From the NCBI GenBank assembly GCA_034423195.1, contig DAOUIZ010000037.1, forward strand, positions 9,218-73,217: 64,000 bases of DNA, read 5' to 3'. The notes under the pieces are model-generated. The model was given only the letters and a program-made list of their open reading frames with translations, did not search any database and was not told the origin of the DNA. The translations under genes were made by a program, and so were the position numbers. Source of the DNA: Dehalococcoidia bacterium. GTDB lineage: Bacteria; Chloroflexota; Dehalococcoidia; Lucifugimonadales; UBA3495. Positions 48,183 through 56,020 of this stretch are shown in pieces; the first letter of the stretch is position 1, and the number at the start of each line of letters is the position of its first letter.

Positions 48183-48371
48183 ATGATTCCCCGCTACCGT
48201 GGCAAACTGGGCGAGTACATGTGGCAGAAGGAGATGGAGCGCCTCAACCGCTACAAGGACCGCCCCTGGGAACTACAGGCCCGGGCCCAATCGGGAGGTG
48301 AGCTCATAGTCCTGATGATTGTCCTCGGCGTCGCCTTCGGGGGACTCATGCTCCTGTCCCTCTTCGACTAA
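48183..48371 (+). CDS. Small membrane protein, 62 aa
   Basis: RBS AAGGAG before ATG. C-terminal helix LIVLMIVLGVAFGGLMLLSLF. Confidence 0.6.
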   Translation: MIPRYRGKLGEYMWQKEMERLNRYKDRPWELQARAQSGGELIVLMIVLGVAFGGLMLLSLFD

Positions 48372-48425
48372 CACCCAAAGAAAAACCCTCCCCACAACCC
48401 TGTCTCCCTCCGCCTACCCCCTCTC

Positions 48426-48643
48426 CGTCGTCCCTGCGGAGGCAGGGACCCATCAGCCTTCCCCTCAAGGATCCCCAGCCGGAGCAAGCCTCCTCTCCGT
48501 CGTCCCTGCGGAGGCAGGGACCCATCAGTCTTCCCTCAGAAACGGCCACCGGAGCACCCAACACCCCTCCCGTCACCCCCGCGCAGAGCCTGCCCCTGGC
48601 GACTGAGGAGGGACGACGAAGGAGGGAAAGGGGCGGGGGCCCA
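48426..48643 (+). repeat. BIME-like cluster of three CGTC REPs
   Basis: CGTCGTCCCTGCGGAGGCAGGGACCCA at 48426 and 48498; loop-inserted CGTCACCCCCGCG...GCGGGGGCCCA at 48571. Confidence 0.88.
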
Positions 48644-48707
48644 GACCCCCGTAACCTGTCGCCTCCGAAACGCCCACCGGAGCAAACCCTCCCCCCATCA
48701 CCCCCAC

Positions 48708-48739
48708 AAAAAACCAGCCCCCGCGTTCGCGGGGGCTGG
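48708..48739 (-). terminator. Intrinsic terminator of ThDP paralog 4
   Basis: CCAGCCCCCGCG-TT-CGCGGGGGCTGG preceded by an A-tract (U-tract on the minus strand). Confidence 0.8.
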
Positions 48740-48767
48740 AATACGGGGACACGATGACTCTCTCACA

Positions 48768-50405
48768 CTAGAACTGCGACCGCCGGGCCTCCAGGTTCGC
48801 GTGAACATCAATCAGCACCGTCCGCCCGTCCGCGTTCAGCCGCTTCGCCTGCTCCAGGGCGGATGCCACCTCGCCCGGCTCGACCACCGTGATGCCGACC
48901 GCGCCCATGCCCTCGGCAATCTTGGCGTAATCGCCGCCCATCTGGGTCGCCCCGAACAGCTCGTTGGCGGTGGGGTATCCCCCCGGGTAGGTCGCCATGC
49001 CCCCATTGTTCAGGACAATCGTCGTGATGGGAGCGCCGGCCCTCACCGCCGTCTCGATGTCCAGTCCCGACATCCCGAAGGCCCCGTCCCCCATGAAATT
49101 CAGGCAGAACTTGTCCGGTTCGGCCAGCTTGGCCCCGATCATCAGGGGTATGCCGTATCCCAGGTGGGTCGTCTTGCCCCACCCTATGTAGCTGTGGGGA
49201 ACGCTCGCCGTGTAGAAGGGCATGATGGTGTCCCGGGGAGCGCCCGCGTCGTGGGTGACGATGCTGTTGTCCTTGTCCAGCACCCGCTCCAGCTCTCCGA
49301 TTACCCGGTAATGGCTGATGGGCTTTTCGTCCGTCTCCAGGATATCCGACCACTCGCCCATCCACGCATCCCGCATCGTCGCGATTTCCGACTGCACTCC
49401 CGTGGTCCCCTTCCGTCCACTCGCCCCCGCCTGCGCCTTGACCTCTTCAATCATTGCCTTCAGGGTCAGCTTGGCGTCGCCGGGCAGCCCCACGTCCACC
49501 GCGAAGTCCTTGTTGATGTCCTCGATGCTCTCCACGTTGTGGATGATGACCTTGCCTCCGGGGATCGGCTGGCCGTAGCTGGTGCGGGTCATGCTGGAAC
49601 CCACCGCAAAGAGAACGTCCGACTCCTGGAGCCATGTGCGGGCGGGCAGCGACGTGGAGGCGCTCCCCGAACCCAGGGCCAGGGGATGGCTTTCGTTGAA
49701 GGACGATTTGCCCGGCATGGTGCAGTAGACCGGAATCTCCGCCAGTTCCGCGAACTCCGTCAATTCCTTGGAAGCTCCCGCGAAGAGGACGCCCATCCCC
49801 GACCAGATGACCGGCTTGCGGGCGTTCAGCAGCAGCTCCACCGCCTGCTTCACGTCGGCGGGGTCGGGCGCTTGGCGGGCCCGCTTGGGGGCTTGATAGT
49901 TCAGGTCGGCTTCGGAAACTTCCTGTGTGCCAACGTCGGCGGGTATCTCCACGATTACCGGCCCCGGCCGGCCGTTCCGCAGGGCATGGAAGGCCCGGCG
50001 CATGACCGCCGAGACCTGGCTCGGCTGGGTGATAACCTCCCCCTGCTTGGACACGCTGGCGTAGGTCCGCACCGGCGAGAAGTTGGGCTTCACCGAATAC
50101 TGGCTCAGCGCCGGTCCGCCGGGCAGGTACAGGATCGGCACGTTGTCGCTGTACGCCTGGGCCAATCCTCCCATCGAGTTCTCCGACCCCGGGCCGCCCT
50201 GGGTGATGGTGACGCCGAACTTCTCCCGCTGGTTCAGGCGGCTGTACCCGTCCGCGGCCATCAAAGCGCCCCGCTCCTGGCGGAACATGATGGTGCGGAT
50301 ACCTTCCTTGGCGACGTGTTCAATCAGCTGGTTGGAGGGGAAGCAGGACACCCACTCCACCCCTTCAATTTTCAAGATTCGGGCAACGGCTTCCATCACA
50401 TTCAT
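48768..50405 (-). CDS. ThDP-dependent enzyme, acetolactate-synthase-like (paralog 4)
   Basis: RQERG, QGGPG.EN, and GDGAFGM...LNNGG motif. Confidence 0.92.
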   Translation of the reverse strand: MNVMEAVARILKIEGVEWVSCFPSNQLIEHVAKEGIRTIMFRQERGALMAADGYSRLNQREKFGVTITQGGPGSENSMGGLAQAYSDNVPILYLPGGPALSQYSVKPNFSPVRTYASVSKQGEVITQPSQVSAVMRRAFHALRNGRPGPVIVEIPADVGTQEVSEADLNYQAPKRARQAPDPADVKQAVELLLNARKPVIWSGMGVLFAGASKELTEFAELAEIPVYCTMPGKSSFNESHPLALGSGSASTSLPARTWLQESDVLFAVGSSMTRTSYGQPIPGGKVIIHNVESIEDINKDFAVDVGLPGDAKLTLKAMIEEVKAQAGASGRKGTTGVQSEIATMRDAWMGEWSDILETDEKPISHYRVIGELERVLDKDNSIVTHDAGAPRDTIMPFYTASVPHSYIGWGKTTHLGYGIPLMIGAKLAEPDKFCLNFMGDGAFGMSGLDIETAVRAGAPITTIVLNNGGMATYPGGYPTANELFGATQMGGDYAKIAEGMGAVGITVVEPGEVASALEQAKRLNADGRTVLIDVHANLEARRSQF

Positions 50406-50540
50406 AAGCAACCTACCTGCAATTCCTGATTGGACGGCAACGGATCAATCCTCGCGTCCCGTCCACGTTAATCCGGCGGCACCCCTCGGGATGGCGCCCA
50501 ATGGGATACTACCCCCCGCCCCCGCAAAAGGCAAGGGAAT

Positions 50541-50644
50541 CCGCGCGACAGCCGCTGGCGTTGAGACAAGCCTGCCCCCGCGCAGGCGGGGGTTGCATTG
50601 CGCCAGCGGCGGAGTCGCAAAAGGGGAATCCACGCCCCCGTCAA
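50541..50644 (+). mobile_element. ~100-bp nested-hairpin MITE/REP-like element (copy A)
   Basis: Near-identical to 54932-55035, with three nested stems. Confidence 0.6.
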
Positions 50645-50735
50645 TCCCTCCCGGTTGCCTCCCTCCGGTGTCTCTGATACGCTACCCCGAGCCATCCCCC
50701 GTGAGCTATCCCCCTCTGAAAAGAAAGATTGCCGT

Positions 50736-51479
50736 TTGTCTTCTCCCTCGGGCGTCAGCGCCTCCCTTTTCGTCACCTGCATCATCGACCAGCTGTACCC
50801 GGAGGTAGGGGTCAGCACGGTGCGGCTCCTGCGGAGTCTGGGCGTGAACGTGGACTTCCCCCGGGGACAGACCTGCTGCGGCCAGCCCCTCTTCAACTCC
50901 GGCTTTGCCTCCGACGCCCGTAAACTGGCCTTGCGCGTACTCGACCAGTTCTCGGACAGCCGGTACGTGGTCGTGCCCTCGGGCTCCTGCGCCGCCATGC
51001 TGCGGGTCTTCTACCCCGAGTTGCTCGAGGATGACCCGGAACAACACCGGCGGGCGCTGGATCTCGCCTCGAAAGTGTACGAGCTTTCCGAGTTTCTGAC
51101 GGGAGTATTGGGCGTCACCAATGTCGGAGCGTCCGCATCCGGCTCCGTCACCTACCACCCCAGTTGCCACCTGTCCCGCGAGCTTGGCGCCGGGGACGCC
51201 GCCGAGCGTTTGCTCGCCGGGGTCGAGGGATTGAATCTCGTCCCCCTGCCCGGCAGCGAGTCATGCTGCGGTTTCGGAGGCACCTTCTCCGTCAAGTACC
51301 CCCACATCTCCGAAGGGATGCTGGAAGACAAGATCGGCAACATCGCATCTACCGGCGCGGACACCCTGGTCGCCTGTGACATGAGCTGCCTCATGCACAT
51401 CGGAGGCGGCCTGTCCCGCCAGGGCCACGGCGTCGCGGTGAAGCACCTGGCCCAGATCCTGGACCCGGGAGCCTCCTGA
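50736..51479 (+). CDS. lutA: Lactate utilisation protein A (CCG-domain Fe-S protein)
   Basis: LFVTC..DQLYP, QTCCGQP..NSG, PSGSC, YHPSCH, CCGFGGTF motifs. Start uncertain (TTG chosen). Confidence 0.88.
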   Translation: MSSPSGVSASLFVTCIIDQLYPEVGVSTVRLLRSLGVNVDFPRGQTCCGQPLFNSGFASDARKLALRVLDQFSDSRYVVVPSGSCAAMLRVFYPELLEDDPEQHRRALDLASKVYELSEFLTGVLGVTNVGASASGSVTYHPSCHLSRELGAGDAAERLLAGVEGLNLVPLPGSESCCGFGGTFSVKYPHISEGMLEDKIGNIASTGADTLVACDMSCLMHIGGGLSRQGHGVAVKHLAQILDPGAS

Positions 51480-52933
51480 TGCCCTCGGTCCAGACCCGGG
51501 ATTTCATCCCCGCCTCTTCCCTGTCCATCCGCGACCCCCAGCTCCGGCGGGCGCTGCAGAGGGTTGGCGTCGGCTTCGACGGTGCCCGGCGGGAAGCCAT
51601 CGAGGAAGTCTCCCCCGAGGCGTGGGAGGCGTGGCGCGAAGAGGCCCGGGCCGTCAAGGCCCACACCCTCGACCACTTGGACTATTACCTGGAAATGCTG
51701 TCCCGCAACGTGGAACGCAACGGCGGACAGGTCCACTTCGCCGTCGACGCCGCCGAGGCCAACGCCATAGTATCCGGCATCGTCCAGGCCCGCGGGGTGC
51801 AGGTGGTCACCAAGGGCAAGTCAATGGTCTCCGAGGAGCTGGACCTCAACCACGTCCTCGAAAACGCCGGAGTCGAGGTCTACGAGACCGACCTCGGCGA
51901 ATACATCATCCAGCTCGCCGGAGAAACCCCTTCCCACCTCGTCGCTCCTGCCCTCCACAAGACCAAGGAGCAGGTGGCCCAGCTTTTCGCCGACAAGCTC
52001 GGCGTTCCCTACAACGACGACATCGAGGAAATGGCCCGCGTGGCCCGGACGGCTCTGCGGGACAAGTTCCTGGCGGCCGACCTGGGGATAAGCGGCGCCA
52101 ACTTCCTCATCGCCGACACCGGCAGCCTCGTCATTATCACCAACGAAGGGAACGGCCGCCTCTGCACCTCCGCGCCCCGCATCCACGTCGGCATCGCCGG
52201 GATGGAGAAGGTTATCCCCTCGCTGGAAAACCTCGCCCTGTTCCTCCGATTGCTGCCCCGCTCTGCCACCGGCCAGCGGATTACCAGCTACCTCAGCATG
52301 GTCAGCGGCCCGCGCCGGGAGGCCGACGAGGATGGCCCCGAGGAGTTTCACCTGGTCATCGTGGACAACGGCCGGTCCCGCCTGCTGGCCGACCCCAAGC
52401 TGCGGGAGGCCCTCTACTGCATCCGTTGCGGCGCCTGCCTCAATATATGTCCGGTTTACCAGAAGGTGGGAGGACACGCCTACGGCTGGGTCTACCCCGG
52501 CCCCATCGGCTCGATAGTGACCCCCGAGTTGGTGGGCCTGAAGGAAGCCAAGGACCTCCCCTTCGCTTCCACTCTTTGCGGCGCCTGCCGCGAGGCATGT
52601 CCGGTTAAAATCAACATCCCCCGGATGCTGCTCCACCTGAGGGGCGAATTGAAGGAGAGTCCGGCCCCCGAAGTCCGGTCGGCAACCCGTCGGGAGCGCC
52701 TTCTCTCCCGGGGATTCGCCGCGGTTATGTCCCGCCCCGCCCTCCTTGCCCTGGGCAGGAAAGCCGCCCGGGTGTTGCAGGTTCCTTTCGCCAGGGGCGG
52801 TCGGATAGCCCGCGCTCCCTTGCCTCCCTTCTCCCGATGGAACCGCTCCCGCGACCTGCCGGCCATTCCCCCCCGCAGCTTCCGCGACGTATGGGACCAG
52901 GAACTAGATAGTTCCCGGCGGAACGGCCGTTAG
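51479..52933 (+). CDS. lutB: Lactate utilisation protein B (LUD + ferredoxin)
   Basis: KGKSMVSEE, ETDLGEYIIQL, PSH..APALH, CIRCGACLN.CP and STLCGAC...CPVKI motifs. Confidence 0.93.
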   Translation: MPSVQTRDFIPASSLSIRDPQLRRALQRVGVGFDGARREAIEEVSPEAWEAWREEARAVKAHTLDHLDYYLEMLSRNVERNGGQVHFAVDAAEANAIVSGIVQARGVQVVTKGKSMVSEELDLNHVLENAGVEVYETDLGEYIIQLAGETPSHLVAPALHKTKEQVAQLFADKLGVPYNDDIEEMARVARTALRDKFLAADLGISGANFLIADTGSLVIITNEGNGRLCTSAPRIHVGIAGMEKVIPSLENLALFLRLLPRSATGQRITSYLSMVSGPRREADEDGPEEFHLVIVDNGRSRLLADPKLREALYCIRCGACLNICPVYQKVGGHAYGWVYPGPIGSIVTPELVGLKEAKDLPFASTLCGACREACPVKINIPRMLLHLRGELKESPAPEVRSATRRERLLSRGFAAVMSRPALLALGRKAARVLQVPFARGGRIARAPLPPFSRWNRSRDLPAIPPRSFRDVWDQELDSSRRNGR

Positions 52934-52934
52934 C

Positions 52935-53687
52935 GTGACGCTCTTTCCTGGAACGTCCCAATCGGATTTCATCGCCTCCGTCCGGCGGGCGCTGGGCAGA
53001 CCGGGTTTAGACGCTGTCGAGCCCGTTTCCCCCCGGGCCGGGGACGGCCTTGAGGAACTGGAAGCTCGGGCGGTTGACCTCAATGACAGGTTGAAGGGGT
53101 CCCGGCTCGAACTGGTTTCCAGGCTGGCGGAGACCGCCGCCCTGCGCGGATGGAACGTCCACCGGGCAAGCAGCGGCGAGGCCGCCGTGGGCGTGGTGGT
53201 GGACGTAGCTCTTTCCGTGGGCGCCCGGCAGGTCGCCCGCTCAGGCCAGGATGTTTTCTCCCAGGTCCCGGTGGACGAGGCTTTGGGAAACGCCGGCCTT
53301 GGGGTGTCCCCGGCCGTCATGGGCGGTGGCCGCGACCGTGAAGAAGTGCGGCAGGACATCATACGCGCGGGCGTGGGCGTCACCGGGGTGGAATACGCCG
53401 TGGCCGAGACCGGATCGGTGGTGGTGGTGCCTCGGGCGGGCCTGAGTCGGCTGGTTTCCCTGGTGCCGCCGGTCCATATTGCGCTGGTCCGGCCTCGGGA
53501 CGTGGTCGAATCCCTCGATGACGTTTTCCTGATGCGGCGTTTGGAGTATCTCCGGAACGGCGGCGATATGGGCAGCTATCTCAACTTCATCACCGGCCCC
53601 AGCCGCACCGCCGACATTGAGCAGACCATCGTAATAGGCGTCCACGGCCCCAAAGAAGTCCACATGGTCCTGCTGGACGAGGAGTAA
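52935..53687 (+). CDS. lutC: Lactate utilisation protein C (LUD domain)
   Basis: AVAETGS, SLVPPVHIA, ITGPSRTADIEQ...GVHGP motifs. Confidence 0.9.
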   Translation: MTLFPGTSQSDFIASVRRALGRPGLDAVEPVSPRAGDGLEELEARAVDLNDRLKGSRLELVSRLAETAALRGWNVHRASSGEAAVGVVVDVALSVGARQVARSGQDVFSQVPVDEALGNAGLGVSPAVMGGGRDREEVRQDIIRAGVGVTGVEYAVAETGSVVVVPRAGLSRLVSLVPPVHIALVRPRDVVESLDDVFLMRRLEYLRNGGDMGSYLNFITGPSRTADIEQTIVIGVHGPKEVHMVLLDEE

Positions 53688-53690
53688 AAA

Positions 53691-54032
53691 ATGCCGGTGC
53701 GGATCGGGTTCACCGAGTTCCGAAAACGGATGCTGGAGCAGGAGCTCCAGAACATCGAGCAGTTGCTTCCCACGCTTGGGGTGGAAAAAGTCATTCTCAC
53801 CGGGGACATGGTCACCGGGGAATACACCCCGGACAGCAGGATACGGCTGATTGCCGTCCACGACACGGACCGCCCCTTCGGGCGGCGCGAGGACTTCTTC
53901 TTCTACCACCTGGGCAGCATGGTTCACGTCGAGACCCTGGTGTACACCCCGGACGAGTTTGAACGGTTGCAGGACGAGTTGCCGGCCCTCAGCGCAGCGT
54001 GCCGGAAAGGACGCGTGTTATTCAATGCCTGA
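53691..54032 (+). CDS. Minimal nucleotidyltransferase-like protein with degenerate catalytic motif
   Basis: Fold landmarks EKVILTG..., [16 protein letters not shown] and DxD are replaced by GD and RIR. Directly upstream of a HEPN gene. Confidence 0.65.
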   Translation: MPVRIGFTEFRKRMLEQELQNIEQLLPTLGVEKVILTGDMVTGEYTPDSRIRLIAVHDTDRPFGRREDFFFYHLGSMVHVETLVYTPDEFERLQDELPALSAACRKGRVLFNA

Positions 54033-54426
54033 TCATGAGACCGAGGGCGCCCGCTGGCTGCGTCAAGCCATCCAGGACCTGGAAGACGCCGATTTCAACC
54101 GGGAGGGCAGCCGGTTCAATCTGGCCTGTTTCCTCGGACAGCAGGCGGCCGAGAAAGCCGTCAAGGCGTACCTCTATCACCGGGGAGCCGAAGACGTCTG
54201 GGGCCACTCCCTCAACGACCTGTGCGAAGACGCCAAGATTTTCGAGATGTTCTTCGACACGGTCAAAAGCGAGGCCCGTCAGCTGGACAAGTATTACGAA
54301 ATAACCCGCTATCCCGGCTTCCTCCCCGGCGGAATCCCCTCCGAGGCCTTCGACCGCGACGACGCCGACCGCTCCATCGAGCTATCCCAAATAGTAGTCG
54401 ACTTCGTCCGCGAGCGCGTAACCTAG
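54025..54426 (+). CDS. HEPN domain protein
   Basis: W...[25 protein letters not shown]...RYP motifs. Confidence 0.88.
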   Translation: MPDHETEGARWLRQAIQDLEDADFNREGSRFNLACFLGQQAAEKAVKAYLYHRGAEDVWGHSLNDLCEDAKIFEMFFDTVKSEARQLDKYYEITRYPGFLPGGIPSEAFDRDDADRSIELSQIVVDFVRERVT

Positions 54427-54439
54427 CCAACCCTCCCCC

Positions 54440-55035
54440 CGTCGTCCCTGCGGAGGCAGGGACCCATCAACCCTACCCTCAGCCACCCCAACCGAAGCCA
54501 ACCCTCCCCCTCCCGTCGTCCCTGCTCTCCCCCGTCGTCCCTGCGGAGGCAGGGACCCAGACCCCCGTAAACCCTCCCCCCAAAACCTGTCTCCCGCACC
54601 CAACATCCTTCCCGTCATTCCCGCGCAGAGCCTGCCCCTGGCGACTGAGGAGGGAAAGGGGCGGGAATCCAGACCCCCGTAAATCCTTCCCCCAAAGACG
54701 GCCACCGGAGCAAACCCTCTCCCCGTCGTCCCTGCGGAGGCAGGGACCCATCAGCCTTCCAAGGAACCACCGCGGGTTACGCAAGACCGGCCATGTCCAC
54801 CACTCCTCTTCCCCGTCATGCCCCCCGTCGTCCCTGCGGAGGCAGGGACCCATCAGCCCTCCAAGGAACCACCGCGGGTTACGCAAGACCGGCCATGTCC
54901 ACCACCCCTCCCGTCATTCCCGCGACGAACCCCGCGCGACAGCCGTCGGCGTTGAGACAAGCCTGCCCCCGCGCAGGCGGGGGTTACCTTGCGCCGGCGG
55001 CGGAGTCGCAAAAGGGGAATCCACACCCCCGTCAA
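54440..55035 (+). repeat. Large BIME-like REP array (left of SRPBCC gene)
   Basis: CGTCGTCCC-type REPs at 54440, 54533, 54724 and 54826, half copy at 54514; CGTCATTCCC-type at 54613 and 54912; structured element at 54932-55035. Confidence 0.9.
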
Positions 55036-55053
55036 CCTCCCCCCAACACCCCT

Positions 55054-55503
55054 CTACCCGTAAAACAACTCCGCCAGCTTCTCCTGCCGGTAGGCGAATA
55101 TCCTCCGCAGGTCCGGGGCCACCAGCAAGTTCCTGACAATGGCTCCCCCGATCACCGAATACTCAACGTGGTCGCGGGCGACAGTTCCACTTCCCGATTC
55201 CTCAAAGGTGTGCAAGTGCCGCCAAAACCGGTACGGGCCGCGCCGCTGCTCGTCCACGAACAGCTCGGGCGGCTCCCACCTGGTGATCTCGCTCCGCCAC
55301 CGCAGGGGAATCCCCCGCAGCTTCAGCCGGTAATCAATTACCGTCCCCAACTGCATGGTAATGGGCGGCGGAGTCACCACCCGAAACTCCAGCAGGGGAG
55401 GCGTTATGGTTTCCAGGTTGAAAGCATCGGCGAAAAAATCGAAGACCTCTTCCCTGGGAAGCGGCAGACACTGCTCAGTTTCCAGCGTCCAGATCTTCAT
55501 CAT
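55054..55503 (-). CDS. SRPBCC family protein
   Basis: EVFDFF....NLE.ITPP, W.S.IT.W.P...FVD.Q..GPY..W.H.H.F and IF.YR motifs. Confidence 0.9.
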   Translation of the reverse strand: MMKIWTLETEQCLPLPREEVFDFFADAFNLETITPPLLEFRVVTPPPITMQLGTVIDYRLKLRGIPLRWRSEITRWEPPELFVDEQRRGPYRFWRHLHTFEESGSGTVARDHVEYSVIGGAIVRNLLVAPDLRRIFAYRQEKLAELFYG

Positions 55504-55603
55504 CGCGAACACCATTACGCCCGGCAGGTGGACAAAAACTATGGAGTCCCTGAAAAAATCCTCCCTTCCCCCCAACCCTGTCTCCCGCACCCACCACCTC
55601 CCC

Positions 55604-56020
55604 CGTCATTCCCGCGCAGAGCCTGCCCCTGGCGACTGAGGAGGGACGACGAAGTAGGGAAAGGGGCGGGAATCCACACCTCCGTAAACCTTCCCCCAAA
55701 GACGGCCACCGGAGCAAACCCTCTCCCCCCGTCGTCCCTGCGGAGGCAGGGACCCAGACCCCCGTAAACCCTCCCCCCAAAAACGGCTCCTCCGCCTACC
55801 TCTTTTCCCGTCATTCCCGCGCAGAGCCTGCCCCTGGCGACTGAGGAGGGAAAGGGGCGGGAATCCACACCCCCGTAAATCCTTCCCCCAAAGACGGCCA
55901 CCGGAGCAAACCCTCCTCCCCGTCGTCCCTGCGGAGGCAGGGACCCATCAGCCTTCCCAGGAACCACCGCGGATTACGCAAGACCGGCCACGTCCACCAC
56001 TCCTCTTCCCTGTCATGCCC
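55604..56020 (+). repeat. BIME-like REP array (right of SRPBCC gene)
   Basis: Loop-inserted REPs at 55604 and 55809; simple REPs at 55730 and 55921. Confidence 0.9.

Noticed and set aside
47917-48400. Intact integrative element at selC
   Set aside because: No integrase and no duplicated tRNA 3' end were seen in the window.
54222-55967. Pro/Arg- or Gly-rich ORFs across the repeat arrays (54222-55136, 54793-55767, 55539-55967, 48319-48606)
   Set aside because: Translations of REP repeats with low complexity and no RBS or family motifs.
54440-56020. CRISPR array
   Set aside because: Repeats are of two alternating types, spacing is irregular, spacers are themselves repeated, and no cas genes are present.
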